Positions 25,969-39,063 of a stretch of DNA of 64,000 nt are shown piece by piece. The translations under genes were made by a program, and so were the position numbers. The notes under the pieces were generated by a model. The model had not been told where the DNA came from. It worked only from the letters and a program-made list of their open reading frames with translations, and did not search any database. The stretch comes from Octopus sinensis (Eukaryota): positions 7,192,001 to 7,256,000 of the forward strand of contig NC_043006.1 in assembly GCF_006345805.1 (NCBI RefSeq). Direction: 5' to 3'. Position 1 is the stretch's first letter, and the number at the start of each line of letters is the position of its first letter.

Positions 25969-26545
25969 ATGCACTATTTATCCAAGGTTATCATATTCTG
26001 TTGACTATAGTTATGAGCGTGAAACAATTTGAGGTATGGAAGTTGTTCTGTTGTTTACAAGAATATATATATGAATTTTAGAATATAGTGATGAATTTAC
26101 TAATTATATCGCTTGGCAATTTACATATCTATGTAAATTGCATACCCAGTAGGTATATTCACTCTTAATAATACAGTCCACGAATGTTCATTCAATAAAG
26201 AAAAGAACTCGGATTGGATGCGCAGTAAGAGAGTGACAATGGTGATTTCGAAAGCATTAGAAAGAAACGTGAAAATATATTTCAAATTGACAAAGCTCTC
26301 AGTTCCTCAATGCATTATTTCTTAGTATATCTCTCTCATGCACTCATGAGTATAAACACACATTTACTCATTCACGAGCAGGCACACACGTACGTACACA
26401 CACACACACACACGCACACACAAACACATATGTATTCATAAATGTATATGTGTATGTACACAAATTGAGATACATATATATATATATATATATATATACC
26501 AAATTCTGGTGCCTTTAACTTAAGTACCATATTCATCTGAATCTA

Positions 26546-26615
<70 letters not shown>

Positions 26616-27101
26616 TATGTAAATATATTTATGTATATATATGTATATATGTATGCGGCGTATGCATTCATTCAATTATCGGTAAATAATGCTCAACCTA
26701 TTCCATGCAGTGGAATGCATCCTTAGAAAATTCTAAAAATAATCTGTTTTTCTTTTTTTCCTTTTACGCGTTGTCACTGGGTAATCCACTCTTCATTCAT
26801 CCAAAATATCGATATATACAACTACAGCAGCCTCCCACACACACACACACGTTCACACACATTGAAATACATTTATATACACGCACTCACATACACAGGC
26901 ATATATATACATATACATATATATATATATACCTATATATATATATATATACATATATGTATATATAGATATATATATATATGTATATATATATACATAT
27001 ATTTTTTTGACTATTTTTTGACTATTTATTAAAATTTTATGTATTGATTAAGTCTTTCCTTGTTTGTTTTGCAAAATAGTGGTTTTGTCTCTAATAATAT
27101 T

Positions 27102-27164
<63 letters not shown>

Positions 27165-27866
27165 TGTATGTATCTATGTATGTAAGTATTGGATGCCATG
27201 TAGTCTTAATATTTCAGTCATCATTGTGTTATTTTATTTAATTTCTTAACTTTTAGTACTGATATATGTTTACTGCATCTTTCAGTGGCAGCTTCATATT
27301 TTGATGGAGCCTACGTTTCGATTAATGCAATTCTGTTAAGGTACATATTTTGCTTTCGCCTTTCAAGATAGTTTTATTGGGAGAAAATATTTGGGCGGGC
27401 TATTTACTTCCACTCGAATAAACATCTACATATTAAACTGTCAGAAATATTAAGCAGCCAAACTTCTATCTACGCACGTTACCTGCTATTATTAAGAGTT
27501 AAAAACCAGATCGCTTTCACATCAAACCATACTCTTAAGAATAAAGAAATAAATTGATAAAACCAATTGTATAATGTTATGCACAAAAGAAACATGGGGC
27601 GACTTGAGTTGGAATATCGTAGTTCATGTTTTTTAATGTACAAAATTATCCTAAAAATCATGAATCTGTGTCAAAGAAAGACTCTAGAATTCTGGTCAAC
27701 TTGTTAGAGATATCAACTGTGTTAAAGACCAAGAAATTATGGGAAAATGTAGCAATATTCGATCAAATATTGCTTCTAGAATTTTCTTCCCCTACCCGTT
27801 GGTACTATAAATCTAATTGCATATACCAACTATGCGTTCACGAAAAATTCTAAATCATCAATTTAA

Positions 27867-28038
27867 TTCATTAGATTCAAATAACGAAGTTTATTTTGGA
27901 TTTAGACATTCATTAGATATAAATAACGAAGTTTATTTTGGATTTAGACATTCATTAGAAATAAATAACGAAGTTTATTTTGGATTTAGACATTCATTAG
28001 ATATAAATAACGAAGTTTATTTTGGATTTAGACATTCA
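27867..28038 (+). repeat. 42-bp minisatellite, about 4 copies
   Basis: Unit TTCATTAGATATAAATAACGAAGTTTATTTTGGATTTAGACA. Confidence 0.95.
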
Positions 28039-28545
28039 TACAGGATTGCTAATACTACAAGTACTATTTCTGTTTATAAGTACATTATCTCTACGTACTT
28101 TTAACTGTGAAAATTCATTAAATGTTTTTCTCTTTTTTCTCTGCATAATCATATTTATCTCATTTCATTTTCTTCGTGGAAGCTCATTTCATACTTTTCT
28201 GCTGTTTACCTACACATTCTATCTCCATCAGTATGAAATAATTGATGAAGTTTTTAACAAAGATTTTTCTCTTTCTCTCTAAAATCAGTCTTATGATATT
28301 ATTTTGTTCTAAAATCTTGTGTCCACTTTTAATTCAGTTTTGTAGCTACTACCTTACTTCATACATCTTATAGTTTTTAGATGAACTTTCATAAAGTATA
28401 AGTTGAGGTGCCAGCATGTCTGTTGTCAATGTTTACAACCAACAAATGTGTGGCAAAAGAGTAGATATAAATTTCTTAACCTGAAGGTCACAACTCTTGA
28501 GAATGATTATAATCGATTGTCACAAAAAGTTAGAGATTATTTACT

Positions 28546-28779
28546 GCAGTGAACTGGCAGAGCCGTTAGCACGCCGGGCGAAATGCTTAGCAGTATTTCG
28601 TCTGCCGCTACGTTCTGAGTTCAAATCCCGCCGAGGTCGACTTTGCCTTTCATCCTTTCGGGGTCGATTAAATAAGTACCATTTACGCACTGGGGTCGAT
28701 TTAATCGACTTAATCCGTTTGTCTGTCCTTGTTTGTCCTGTCTGTGTTTAGCCCCTTGTGGGTAGTAAAGAAATAGGTA
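28546..28779 (+). mobile_element. SINE family B
   Basis: Head with B-box-like GAGTTCAAATCCC, the shared central box and the tail. Confidence 0.9.
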
Positions 28780-29139
28780 GTGATGAGATTAATTTGCATG
28801 GCTACGTTTACATAGTGGTGTGTGTGTGAAGGAAAATGCCGCATTCTGAAGCTTGGTAGACGATGCATCGTTGATAACGCCTCCTGATTTTGAAAATGTA
28901 ATTCTAGGAAACAAGTGATAGTCACTAAATCTTTGGCTATACGACTGAGCAGTGCGGGACAATACATATTGAAAGCCAGTTGTCAGATAAACTTACTCAT
29001 GGTCGCCGTTGAGGATAATCAAGAGACATTGAATATTTACCTGCTGGTGTTTTTCTGCTCTTCACTTTAAATGATCTGCAATTCTAAAATAGCAACGTGG
29101 AAGACGGTAATTTCAAGATATTTGCATTACAAAAAGGCC

Positions 29140-29500
29140 CGCCTTCATTGACGAAAAATACGGAGAATTTAATGAAGTACTAGCAGTCAACCATGGTGAG
29201 AAGCAGGAGTGCGTACTTGCCACTGTACTCCTCTCTCTTTACCTCGCAGATGTATTGATCCCATGAGGGTCAATCTGCACAAAGAGACCTTCATAAACTC
29301 CAGAATAGATGGGAAACTCTCCGACTTGGTCCGTCTTCCTGCATCCACCTAAATCAACGAAATGTGTATCCTGCAGCTGATCTACGAAGACGATTCAGCG
29401 CTCGTCGCCAGAAACATTGAGCACGTGCAACACTTGTGGACCGGTTTTCTTGCGCAGCAGGTATGTTTGGTCCCAAAATCAACACTTCAGAAACTGGGTT
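29140..29500 (+). mobile_element. Degenerate RTE (BovB-like) RT fragment
   Basis: GEKQECVLA (cf. GVKQGCVLAP), SRIDGKLSDL, LIYEDDSALVA and RFSCAAGMFGPKIN. Confidence 0.75.
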
Positions 29501-29933
29501 GCCCTACCAGTCCTACCAAGATCTTCTAATAGATCAAAAGTGTCCGAGCCAGAAACAGTACACGGAGAGTCAAAGCCAGTAGCAGTATACGGAGAGAACG
29601 TTTGGTACACCGAGGCCTTTACCTCTCTCTACAGCGCAGGGTCTTCGACGAAATTTTCTGACCTTCTTAAAATTTATATTTGTATTGACGATATATTGTT
29701 ATAAGCTGTAGGATGTTCAGTTGCGCAACAGAAATTACTAGGTTTATTGCTAAGTGGATACAGATTTAAATCGTTTCATGAAAGTTGAGTAGTATCTATG
29801 GTCGCACGAATGAATAGCGTCAGAAAACCTATTTAAAACAGTGGAAATATACATACGAAGGATAATGTGTGATTCTTTTATGCACATTCCACATCTGCCC
29901 ATAGTCGTATTGTATGGTGGAGCTCATCCATAA

Positions 29934-30085
29934 TAGACCAAGATAATGTATATTTAATATTCTGTAATTTTAAGTCGTGTATATATCTCGCCAGCGCAAA
30001 GTTAAAATATAGAAGCTTAATGGCGCTAGCTAGATACATACACGACTTAAAATTACAGAATATAATTATATATTATCTTGGTCTA
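29934..30085. repeat. Small MITE-like inverted repeat
   Basis: Imperfect arms of about 60 bp beginning TAGACCAAGATAAT and ending ATTATCTTGGTCTA. Confidence 0.75.
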
Positions 30086-30464
30086 TCATTAATGAAATCA
30101 ATTTATATTCCCAAAACTAATTGATATTTTCTATTTCTATATATAATGTGTCTGACAATTTACTAAATTCTACTACAACAGTATGGATTTCATTAATGTA
30201 TTGTGTCCGTTAAACCCTTAATCACATTTCTTATGATATTGAAATAAACACTTCGGCTAATTGCTATTGGATCTATTTTATATTTAACTTAAAGGTAACA
30301 GAAATATTGAAGGACTCCAAAACACTAAATACCCAAGTGGTATGGATTAAAATATGAATGCGACTAAGTTTAACGACTCTGTGTGTTAATCTATAGAATT
30401 ATTACCCGTTCATATTCAGATTTACGTAATTCTAATCCTAGATTTGTTAGACAAGCACTATGAA

Positions 30465-30738
30465 GTACATTATTTACATTTGACGGATATTTGCCATCTT
30501 GTTTGTTGTTAACACAACGTTTCGGCTGATATACCCTCCAGCCTTCATTAGCTGTCTTGGGAAAATTTAGAACCTAGGTATTTTTCGATGTTATTATTAT
30601 TATTATTATTATTATTATATTATTATTATTATTATTATTATTATTGTTATTATTCAGGTCACTGCCAGGAATCGAACTCGGAATCTTGGGGTTAGTAGCT
30701 CGCCTCTTAACCACTACGCCATATGTCCACGGGTATAT

Positions 30739-30740
<2 letters not shown>
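30465..30740 (-). mobile_element. tRNA-headed SINE-like element with an (AAT)n spacer and a hammerhead-containing tail
   Basis: A box TGGCGTAGTGG, B box GAGTTCGATTCC, then (AAT)n. Tail reads GACAG-CTAATGA-AGGCTG..CAGCC-GAAAC-GTT-GTGTT. Confidence 0.75.
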
Positions 30741-30792
<52 letters not shown>

Positions 30793-30965
30793 TCGAAAAA
30801 TACCTTAGGAATGAGAACCCAGGTTCGAAATTTCCCCAAGACACCTGATGAAGGCTTGAGGGTATATCAACCAAAGAGCTGTGTTAACAACGAACAAGAT
30901 GAGGATGAATATCCGTCAAATGTAAATAATGTAAATAATGTGCATAAGTCCTCATCTCTTAAATA
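30740..30965 (+). mobile_element. Headless inverted second copy of the same HHR tail
   Basis: (AAT)n, then ATCGAAAAATACC...GACAC-CTGATGA-AGGCTT...TATCCGTCAAATGTAAATAATGT, which is the reverse complement of the 30465-30590 module. Confidence 0.8.
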
Positions 30966-31998
30966 TAGAACTGTAAGCACTATAAGGGTTTAAAGAAACC
31001 TCTAGTCCGTTACCACCGAGATATGGCATAAGTGTTTGGAGAAAATATGACCGATGCATGTGTGATGCTAGTGATTTTTCTTAGAACAACCACACAAACA
31101 TACTATCCATGTTCACTTAATACTGAAAAATAAGCACTATAGCTAAACAAACCATCATTTTTAATACATATGCTATAGGACATGTATGAAGCGTCCAACC
31201 ATAATGAAACGTAGTTTCTATTCTCGAACAAATATGTAAATACAATGCAGTAAATAGCCACTCTAGCGCATATTTACAGTCCAATATTTTCCTAGTGTCT
31301 ATTTAAAGTAAATGATGATTCTAGATATAGAAGATATTGGAGTCTCTGGAATATTTGATTCAATCCATTACAGCAATATTCTAAGTACAAATCTCTCTAG
31401 AATCGACTCTTTCTTTAATACTTCCTGGTCGATGAAATAAATAGCGGGAATAAATTGGATCGATTTACTTATTTCTTTGCTATAAATATTTTGCTGGTGC
31501 CAGGTGAAAGGAAATCAATATGATGAGCTATTGGGATGGATTTTGCCTATGTAGAGTATATTTCCGAAATGATTATATCAGCTAACACACATTTCAAAAG
31601 ATTTACTTTGCCATTCTACATCCAAAGAGTGTCATATTTGTTTAAATTTTATCACTAGCATCTGCACCCTTTATAGAAATTAAAATGACTCAGGCATGCA
31701 TAATCTATTTGACTACGAACGCATTCGCACTCCAGCATGAATTTATTTGTGCCTGATGAACATCACTTCACTTAACACATTAAGAGTTGCCATAGCGCCT
31801 ACGCTTATTAGCAATATAATAAATCCTTTATTAGAATAATTGGATAAATACGACTAACGTTACATGGTCAACTTAACTTATTGGCTTCTAAGTAAAGATG
31901 ATAAATCAAACGACGATTCTGAGTTGATTTCAGTTAAATATATATATATATATTATATATATATATATATGCATGTATGTATATATGTATATATATAT

Positions 31999-32041
<43 letters not shown>

Positions 32042-32113
32042 TATATATGTATGTATGTATTTAAATATGTATACATATATATATATATATATATCTATAT
32101 ATATATATATGTA

Positions 32114-32165
<52 letters not shown>

Positions 32166-33087
32166 CATGTATGTATGTGTACATGTATGAGTGTGTCTAT
32201 CTATCTATCTATCTATCTATATATATATATATGTAAGTAGGTGAGTCTGTATCGTGTGTGTATGTATATGTATATACATACATGCACACATACATACAGA
32301 TAGGCAAATAGAGAGAGGGAGAGAGCCTTGACTATTGTTTCGGAGTAATGAACAATACCCTTGAAATTGTTTGAATACATAAAGAATAATACGATATATG
32401 TAAACCACGGTTTGGTAATCAATCGCCAGATCATTTCATTCGTACACTGAAAATCAATATTGGAGGGATTTATCGATCACTGAATTTCATTCAACATCCT
32501 AACAAAGAAAGTTACCCTATCGATTTTAGAATAAGCTGCAAGAAAACGAATACATAAAAGCTGAGCGTTACTACTATCCCCTTACAAAGTTCGCACGAGC
32601 TCCAGTATATATACAAGAGATATGTAAATGAATATGCACTTTAGTTCTCTATTCATTTTCCCCAATTCAACACCGTTAATTATAGTTAATAAATGAGTGG
32701 CCTGGCTTGTTCAACTTTATTTCCCATCGTCCGAATATATTTTCTCTTGAATTCGGGGATGAATATTTTTTATAGTCCACATTTTAACTGTTCACGTTTG
32801 AGTCGTTTTGTATAATATCCAAAATAATTCTACTATCTGATAGCAAAATATTCTATTGTGTAGTTTTGCCTGTTTTTTATGCAGATAGAAATCCACATCA
32901 GATGTTTAAACTGGGGAATGCCAAGCGTTTGCACATTCTTCTCAACATATCTAAGTTATAACTTATTCATAATTTGCTGACATTTTGAATGCATTTCAAA
33001 TTTCATTCAATTTAAACAATAGTAAATAATAAAGTCTTCGATATTTCGTGTTTCTAGTATGATAGGTTGTTTCTAGATTGGGTCTGG

Positions 33088-33408
33088 TGAGGGCGCGTGG
33101 CTTAGTGGTTAGGGCATTCGGCTCATGATCGTAAGGTTGTGAGTTCGATTCCCGGTGACGCGTTGTGTCCTTGAGCAAGACACTTTATTTCACGTTGCTC
33201 CAGTCCACTCAGCTGGCAAAAATGAGTTGTACGTGTATTTCAAAGGGTCAGCCTTGTCACTCTATGTGTCACGCTGATTATCCCCGAGAACTACGTTAAG
33301 GGTACACGTGTCTGTGGAATGCTCAGCCATTTGCACGTTAATTTCACGAGAAAGCTGTTCCGTTGATCATATCAGCTGGGACCCTCGTCGTCGTAACCGG
33401 CGGAGTCT
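33088..33408 (+). mobile_element. SINE family D (tRNA head, CORE-like box)
   Basis: TGGCTTAGTGG...GAGTTCGATTCCC head and GTGTCCTTGAGCAAGACACTT box. TSD TAGATTGGGTCTGG at 33074-33087 and 33409-33422. Confidence 0.9.
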
Positions 33409-34340
33409 TAGATTGGGTCTGGACTGGCCAACCTCCTCATGCATTTCACGTAGAGCATTAACACGTTTAATTTCAACATATGCACCAAGTCTTTATGATA
33501 AATAGTACTGAAATATATGTTTGAGATAGAGAAGTATATGATTAGTACATTTCACTGAAAGCATATATGCAATGACTATATGGTTCAGGTTCGCATGGGC
33601 GTCTTTGAATCTAGAATATCTTTCCTAGATGTCTAATTTTATATGTTCCAAGCAAGAATGATTTTTCGTTGCGTGCGAAAAGCAAGCTTCAATATTATAA
33701 TTGTAAGGAGCTGATACTTTTATGTAGTACCGCGGTGATGTAAGAGAGGTAACATATCTAAAAGTGGTAAGGAAAAGAGAAGTGATATAACTAGGACAAT
33801 TATTGAGAGCTTACTATGAATTATAAACTACTGGCTGATGTAAAATATAAGCGGCAAAATGCACAATCTTGTCTCCAGCTTGAAAAATATTGTGTCGCAC
33901 GTTCCTTGAAATGGGGAACATTTGCCTTCAATTAATTAATGCTATATATATATATAATGCATATGAAATGCATTAGTAAATAGACTGAAAATATGATTCC
34001 TAATGTTCGCTCATTCATTCATTTACCGCTTTGTCTCTTTCTACTTACATTTTTCTACACATTACTTTAATATTAAATACATCAAAGCGAATTCATTCAA
34101 TTGTAAGAGTTTAATAATAAACTAATGTAAAACTATGAATATCATTACTTGATGTGATATATAATATTTAGTGTAATGTTAGAATATTTATTGTGATCTA
34201 AATCCAATATAAATGCATATATAATGCATATATAACACTGATGATCTCATTACAGAAAATAAGCTTTTCGTGGTGGTATTAATATGAGAGAGATAACAAG
34301 TAAATATGTTCGAACATTCACTTATAAATTATGTTTCAAA

Positions 34341-34825
34341 GGGGATGGCGTCAGAGCCTGGAGCTTTGCTAGTGGACATTTTTTTGATGGCTCTGCTCAC
34401 TTCCTCGACTGCAGGGGGAACAGCCAGCTCGTGGTTGTCGGCACCTGGGGGGGGGGGCAAACGCAAAGTCGGAGGGCAGAAGAAGCGCTTCAAGGACAGT
34501 CTCAAGGTCTCGCTCAAAGACTTCTCCATCGGCACAGAGACCTGGGAGACACTTGCTGCCGACCGCTCATCCTGGCGCAGCGCAATCACCACAGGAGCAG
34601 GGACAGCCGAGGAGGGACGGATTCGGTCAGCAGAGCAGAAACGCCAGATGCGGAAAGCCAGAGCCGCCTGCACCAGTAGCACGGCCCCTCCCCACTTCTG
34701 CCCCACCTGTGGGAGGGGCTTCCTTGCCCGGATTGGCCTCACCAGCCACCTCCGGTCTCATAGCGGAAGTTCCACCAGATGATGCCAGTGGTCATCTTCG
34801 AACCCGAAGGACGAACATTATTATC
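34341..34825 (+). mobile_element. RTE (BovB-like) 3' end with an inverted 5' segment
   Basis: Plus part: GKRKVGGQKKRFKDSLK...CPTCGRGFLARIGLTSHLRSH*, then a UTR and (ATT)-like tail. The first about 105 bp are minus-strand PPAVEEVSRAIKKMSTSKAPGSDAIP. Flanks: ATTATGTT(T/G)CAAA at 34328-34340 and 34826-34838. Confidence 0.9.
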
Positions 34826-35228
34826 ATTATGTTGCAAATGACTGTTTCACTATTATTCATAAAAACAGTGTTGACATAATTTTAAAAAAATCTTGGGAAG
34901 TATTTACATATTTCAGCCTGTTTGTCAAAGATGTCCTGTATCAAAATATATGATACATACATTTAGCTCCACCTCATAGGATCTGTTAAGGCATTTTTAA
35001 ATCAAGCTTCGTAGTATCGTAGCCTAGTGAAGAAGAGATTCGTTGACTGCGATGTATTCGGTTATATGCAACTTATCTGGTATCTCTTGAAGAAAACGCA
35101 AGAAATATTTAGAAATGCGTATGTTTAGTCCAAAGAAGTATACAACGATGAGGGAACATCGCACCAGCCCATTAAAGAAGTACTATTTCTTTTATACATA
35201 CACACGCATATATATATATATATACACA

Positions 35229-35270
<42 letters not shown>

Positions 35271-36900
35271 CTAGCAGTGGATCCCGGTGTTGCCCGGGTG
35301 TTATAGCGCCATATTGTATTATTTGTTCCTTCATTTTGAGCAGAATCAGCACACCTGATAAATAGTGAACCGGATTACTAGCGTAATGGAAATTATTGTT
35401 TGTTTAAAAGTGAAAGAGGAGTGTACAATTTGCATGGGTTTGCATGAAAGTGATTTCTGTGCTTAAGAAGGGTCACAAACTATGTATTGCTTCATCGTAT
35501 AAAAGGGGCCAATACTATTTTGCCCAGAAATCACGTTTTCAAAATTTTATTTTCCTACTGTCCCCACCGCAATTTCTTCGTTTCTAACTTTTTTTACGAA
35601 TTTTTTTCCCTCCATTTTGGAAAAAAAAGCAAGAGATTACGAAGCTGGGAAATATTATATATCACTTTTTTAAGTTAAATTGTTCTTCAAGAAACACTCA
35701 ATGGCCCTTCCAAGTCACATACCCGCTTTCAAAAAGCTAAGAACACCCTATGTATCACTTTCGTCTGATGTTTCATGTACTGAAATAGCAAATGTAAAAA
35801 ATATTAGAGCACCACCAGAAAAAAACCCCGACATGCTAGAAACAACAGGTAAGCGCTGTTACTTCTGAAGAAATTCCCCGCTTTCCAGAAACCTAAAAGT
35901 AAAACATTGTGAGTTTGTAGCTTTTTCAAAAAGGTGATGTGATGGGTGAATGTTTGGGAAGGAGATTTTAGTGTTTCTTTAAGAAAAAAGCAGAAAATTC
36001 TTAAAGCTTCATACTGTTATTTCTTCATGGATTTCCAAGAAAAACGTTTGAAAAGAGTAAAGAATTTCGAAATTGGGATGGGGATGAGGAGGAAGAAAAT
36101 TCAAACATTGAGAACGTGCTTTTTGGGCGAAAACCTAATCTCGTGTATTTAAAACATAGGAATCGGAAGAAATTTAGGAAAAAAAATCAAGGGTGGAACA
36201 CAAATGTCACCTCGGTCATGCTAGAAATAACAGGTAAAGGAAAGGATTTCTGGGAGAACTTCCTTTTAAATTTATATCGACCATTAGATTTTTAAATACA
36301 CACGTCACAAACATGAATTACAGAATGGAAAAAGGTGATTTCAATTGGAATTTAGCAGTAATTTTGCGCCTGCACATAGCAATAAATAGCATAATTCATT
36401 CAGAAGTTGTAGCCAGAGAGTGTGTGCGTACGTGTGTGTGTGTGTTAAATGATGTTATTTTATGCTATTCTTTCGCTTGAAGTAGGAAAGTTACGAAGTC
36501 AAACATATGGTCGATTATACGGGATCATATGATCGTTCGTTGATTTCGGTAAATCAACCACACTACAAACCACCACACTACAATGCACCCACACTACATC
36601 ATGCCACACCACACTACATCACACCACCCCGTACACACTAGCACTGACCGCTTCCCAGCACTCACACCTACACATGCACACATCTACACGTCAAGGTTAC
36701 CAGCCACAATCCACACGCACACGCACACACACTCTCACATACACACGCACGTGCTTTTTGGGCGAAATCCTAATCTCCTGTATTGAAAACATAGGAATCG
36801 GAAAACATTTAGGAAAACAATCATGGGTGGAACACAAATGTCACCTCAGTCATGCTAGAAATAACAGGTAAAGGACAGGATTTCTGGGAAAGTTAGAAAG
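35271..36900 (-). mobile_element. Putative Helitron-like element; 3' end clear, 5' limit uncertain
   Basis: Minus-strand end CCCGGGCAACACCGGG-ATCCACTG-CTAG closely resembles the 19.4-kb Helitron end. Internal repeats of about 145 bp at 36115-36260 and 36748-36895. Confidence 0.45.
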
Positions 36901-37257
36901 AAACAAAGAAAGGCACACTAGGTATAAAAGTAATGGAATTTTTTTTATAAAAACAAAGATGTATACAAATAAATGATTTGAGGTGGAATAGAAAGTGTAA
37001 AAATCATTATACTTCTTAATTCCACCCCAAATCATTTATTTGTATGTATATAACTTTGTATTATATATGTAAAAACGCCATTATTTCATATTTAGTGTGC
37101 ATTTTTCTTGTTTCTTTTACTTTCATACCACGTTTAGTCCTTTTTCTTTAAAACTTGTTTCTATATATATATATATATGCTACGATGAAGGCGACGGTTA
37201 TCCGTCTGGTTCCGCCTGGTATGTTGGTTTTGTTCATTCATGATATATTTTGAATTC

Positions 37258-37321
37258 GTTTCACTGAAGAGCAAGAGACGTAGATAATACGTTAATTGCG
37301 AAATCACAGGTGATCTGGAAC
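37258..37321 (+). ncRNA. Type I hammerhead ribozyme motif, core apparently intact
   Basis: Stem I GUUUCA/UGGAAC, CUGAAGA, stem II closed by G-C (GCAA/UUGC), GAAA, stem III UCA(C)/(G)UGA and an AUC cleavage triplet. Confidence 0.75.
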
Positions 37322-37557
37322 TAAATTCTGTTTTTTAAATATCTCGCTTCGAGAATTGCATTCGGTACGATTTGTTTATTTTTGGTAGTTATGATTTTAA
37401 AAGTTCCTCGTAGCGTGTGGCATTTATGTGTAATAATGCCCTTTATATAATATAAATAAATATTTTCAAGTGAAAAAATTTACAGATTTTTTCTCTTATG
37501 AGGTTTTTCACGCTAACTGCCTGATAATTTCTTATTAAGATTTTATCCTATTTTAAA

Positions 37558-37640
<83 letters not shown>

Positions 37641-37725
37641 GGTGTGTGTGTGTATGTATCTATGTAAGTAGGTATGTATGCATGTATATATGTATACATA
37701 GATATACATATAAGCATATATATAT

Positions 37726-37758
<33 letters not shown>

Positions 37759-37809
37759 GTATCTATGTGTGAATATTCATGCATATATATATATAAAACG
37801 TAGATAAAA

Positions 37810-38690
37810 TTAGATATGTTTCGGCCAAAGATTGGTCCAGGCCATGTCTAACTTAATAGCACCACCTGATAGGGTTACGTAAATCCTTTTTAAGTCAAGT
37901 TTTGTTTAAGGTCCATTCAAATAGTGAATTCTTGTTGAGTGAGTTGTATCCAGGTATGGGTGGCTTATCCGGCATTCCTTGAAGAAATCTGTCCAGAATC
38001 CGTTTAAAGGTGATGGGACCCTTTTCCTCTTTAATCAGTTTTGGGACAATGTTAAACACGGCAGGGCCTGTTGAGGAAAAGAAATTATGTTGCAGTGTAC
38101 ATGTATGTTGTGATCTTGAATTTGGCAGGGGACGTATAGCCCGTGGTCCAAGTCTTGGATGAACCTTGAAGCTAATGTTTAGGTCGTTTGGGCAAAGTTG
38201 GCGGTATATTTTCCACATCGTACAAATGATGTACCGCTCGCGGCGGCGCTGGGTAGAGTAGAGTTTCAAGGCTTTAGGCGGTCCCAGTAATCGAGATCAG
38301 TGATGCCTTCAATTCGTTTAGTGAGTGCCCTCGAGTTTTTTGGTTTTGTATAGGGAGACCACAAGGGGCAGCAGTATTCGAGGTGTGGCCGTACAAAGGA
38401 GGAGAAAAGTGGTATGATGACACCTTGTTCTCTGGACCGGAAGGTTCTTAAGATCCAGGCGGTCATCCTACAAGCTATATCGACCTTATTGTTGATGTGG
38501 GCACTCCAATTGAGATTGTTATCAACAATTACACCCAGGTCTCTGATATTATTAGATACCGTGAACGGTTCCCCTGAAGGAAGAGAGTATGGCTGTTTTA
38601 GTATAAACTTTCTTCTAAACTGCAACAGCTCAAATTTTCCCTCGTTCAGTTGCATTTTGTTTTTATCTGCCCATTGACTCACAGCATATA
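37810..38690 (-). mobile_element. 5'-truncated, diverged relative of the CR1-group LINE (RT C-terminus and 3' end)
   Basis: Frameshifted ORFs align with the C-terminus of the 841-aa ORF (RPHLEYCCPLWSP, STQRRRERYIIC). It shares the 3' motif GCCATGTCTAACTTAATAGCACCACCTG (plus strand). Confidence 0.92.
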
Positions 38691-38999
38691 GATCAATATA
38701 TATATATATATATATAATATATATATATATTATATATATATATATAATTTAACAATTAAGGATAAAATCTTAATAAGAAATCTTAACAAGAAATTATCAG
38801 GTAGTTAGCGTGAAAAACCTCATAAGAGAAAAAAATCTGAAAATTTTTTCACTTGAAAATATTTGTTCATATTGTATAGAGGGCATTATTACACATAAAT
38901 GCCACACGCTAGGAGGGACTTTCAAAGTCATTACTACCAAAAATAAACGAATCGTACCGAATACAGCTCTCGAAGCAAGATATTTAGAAACAGAATTTA

Positions 39000-39063
39000 G
39001 TTCCAGATCACCTGTGATTTCGCAATTAACGTCTTATCTACGTCTTTTGTTCATCAGTGAAAC
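39000..39063 (-). ncRNA. Paralogous type I hammerhead motif, stem II closing pair mutated
   Basis: Same as the 37258 motif, with CUGAUGA and an A.C mismatch at 10.1/11.1. Confidence 0.65.

Noticed and set aside
27867-28038. CRISPR-like array
   Set aside because: Units are contiguous with no unique spacers, there are no cas genes, and the context is eukaryotic.
30653-30737. tRNA gene calls for this and other A/B-box segments
   Set aside because: No complete cloverleaf with an acceptor stem, and each continues into a repeat body, so they are SINE heads.
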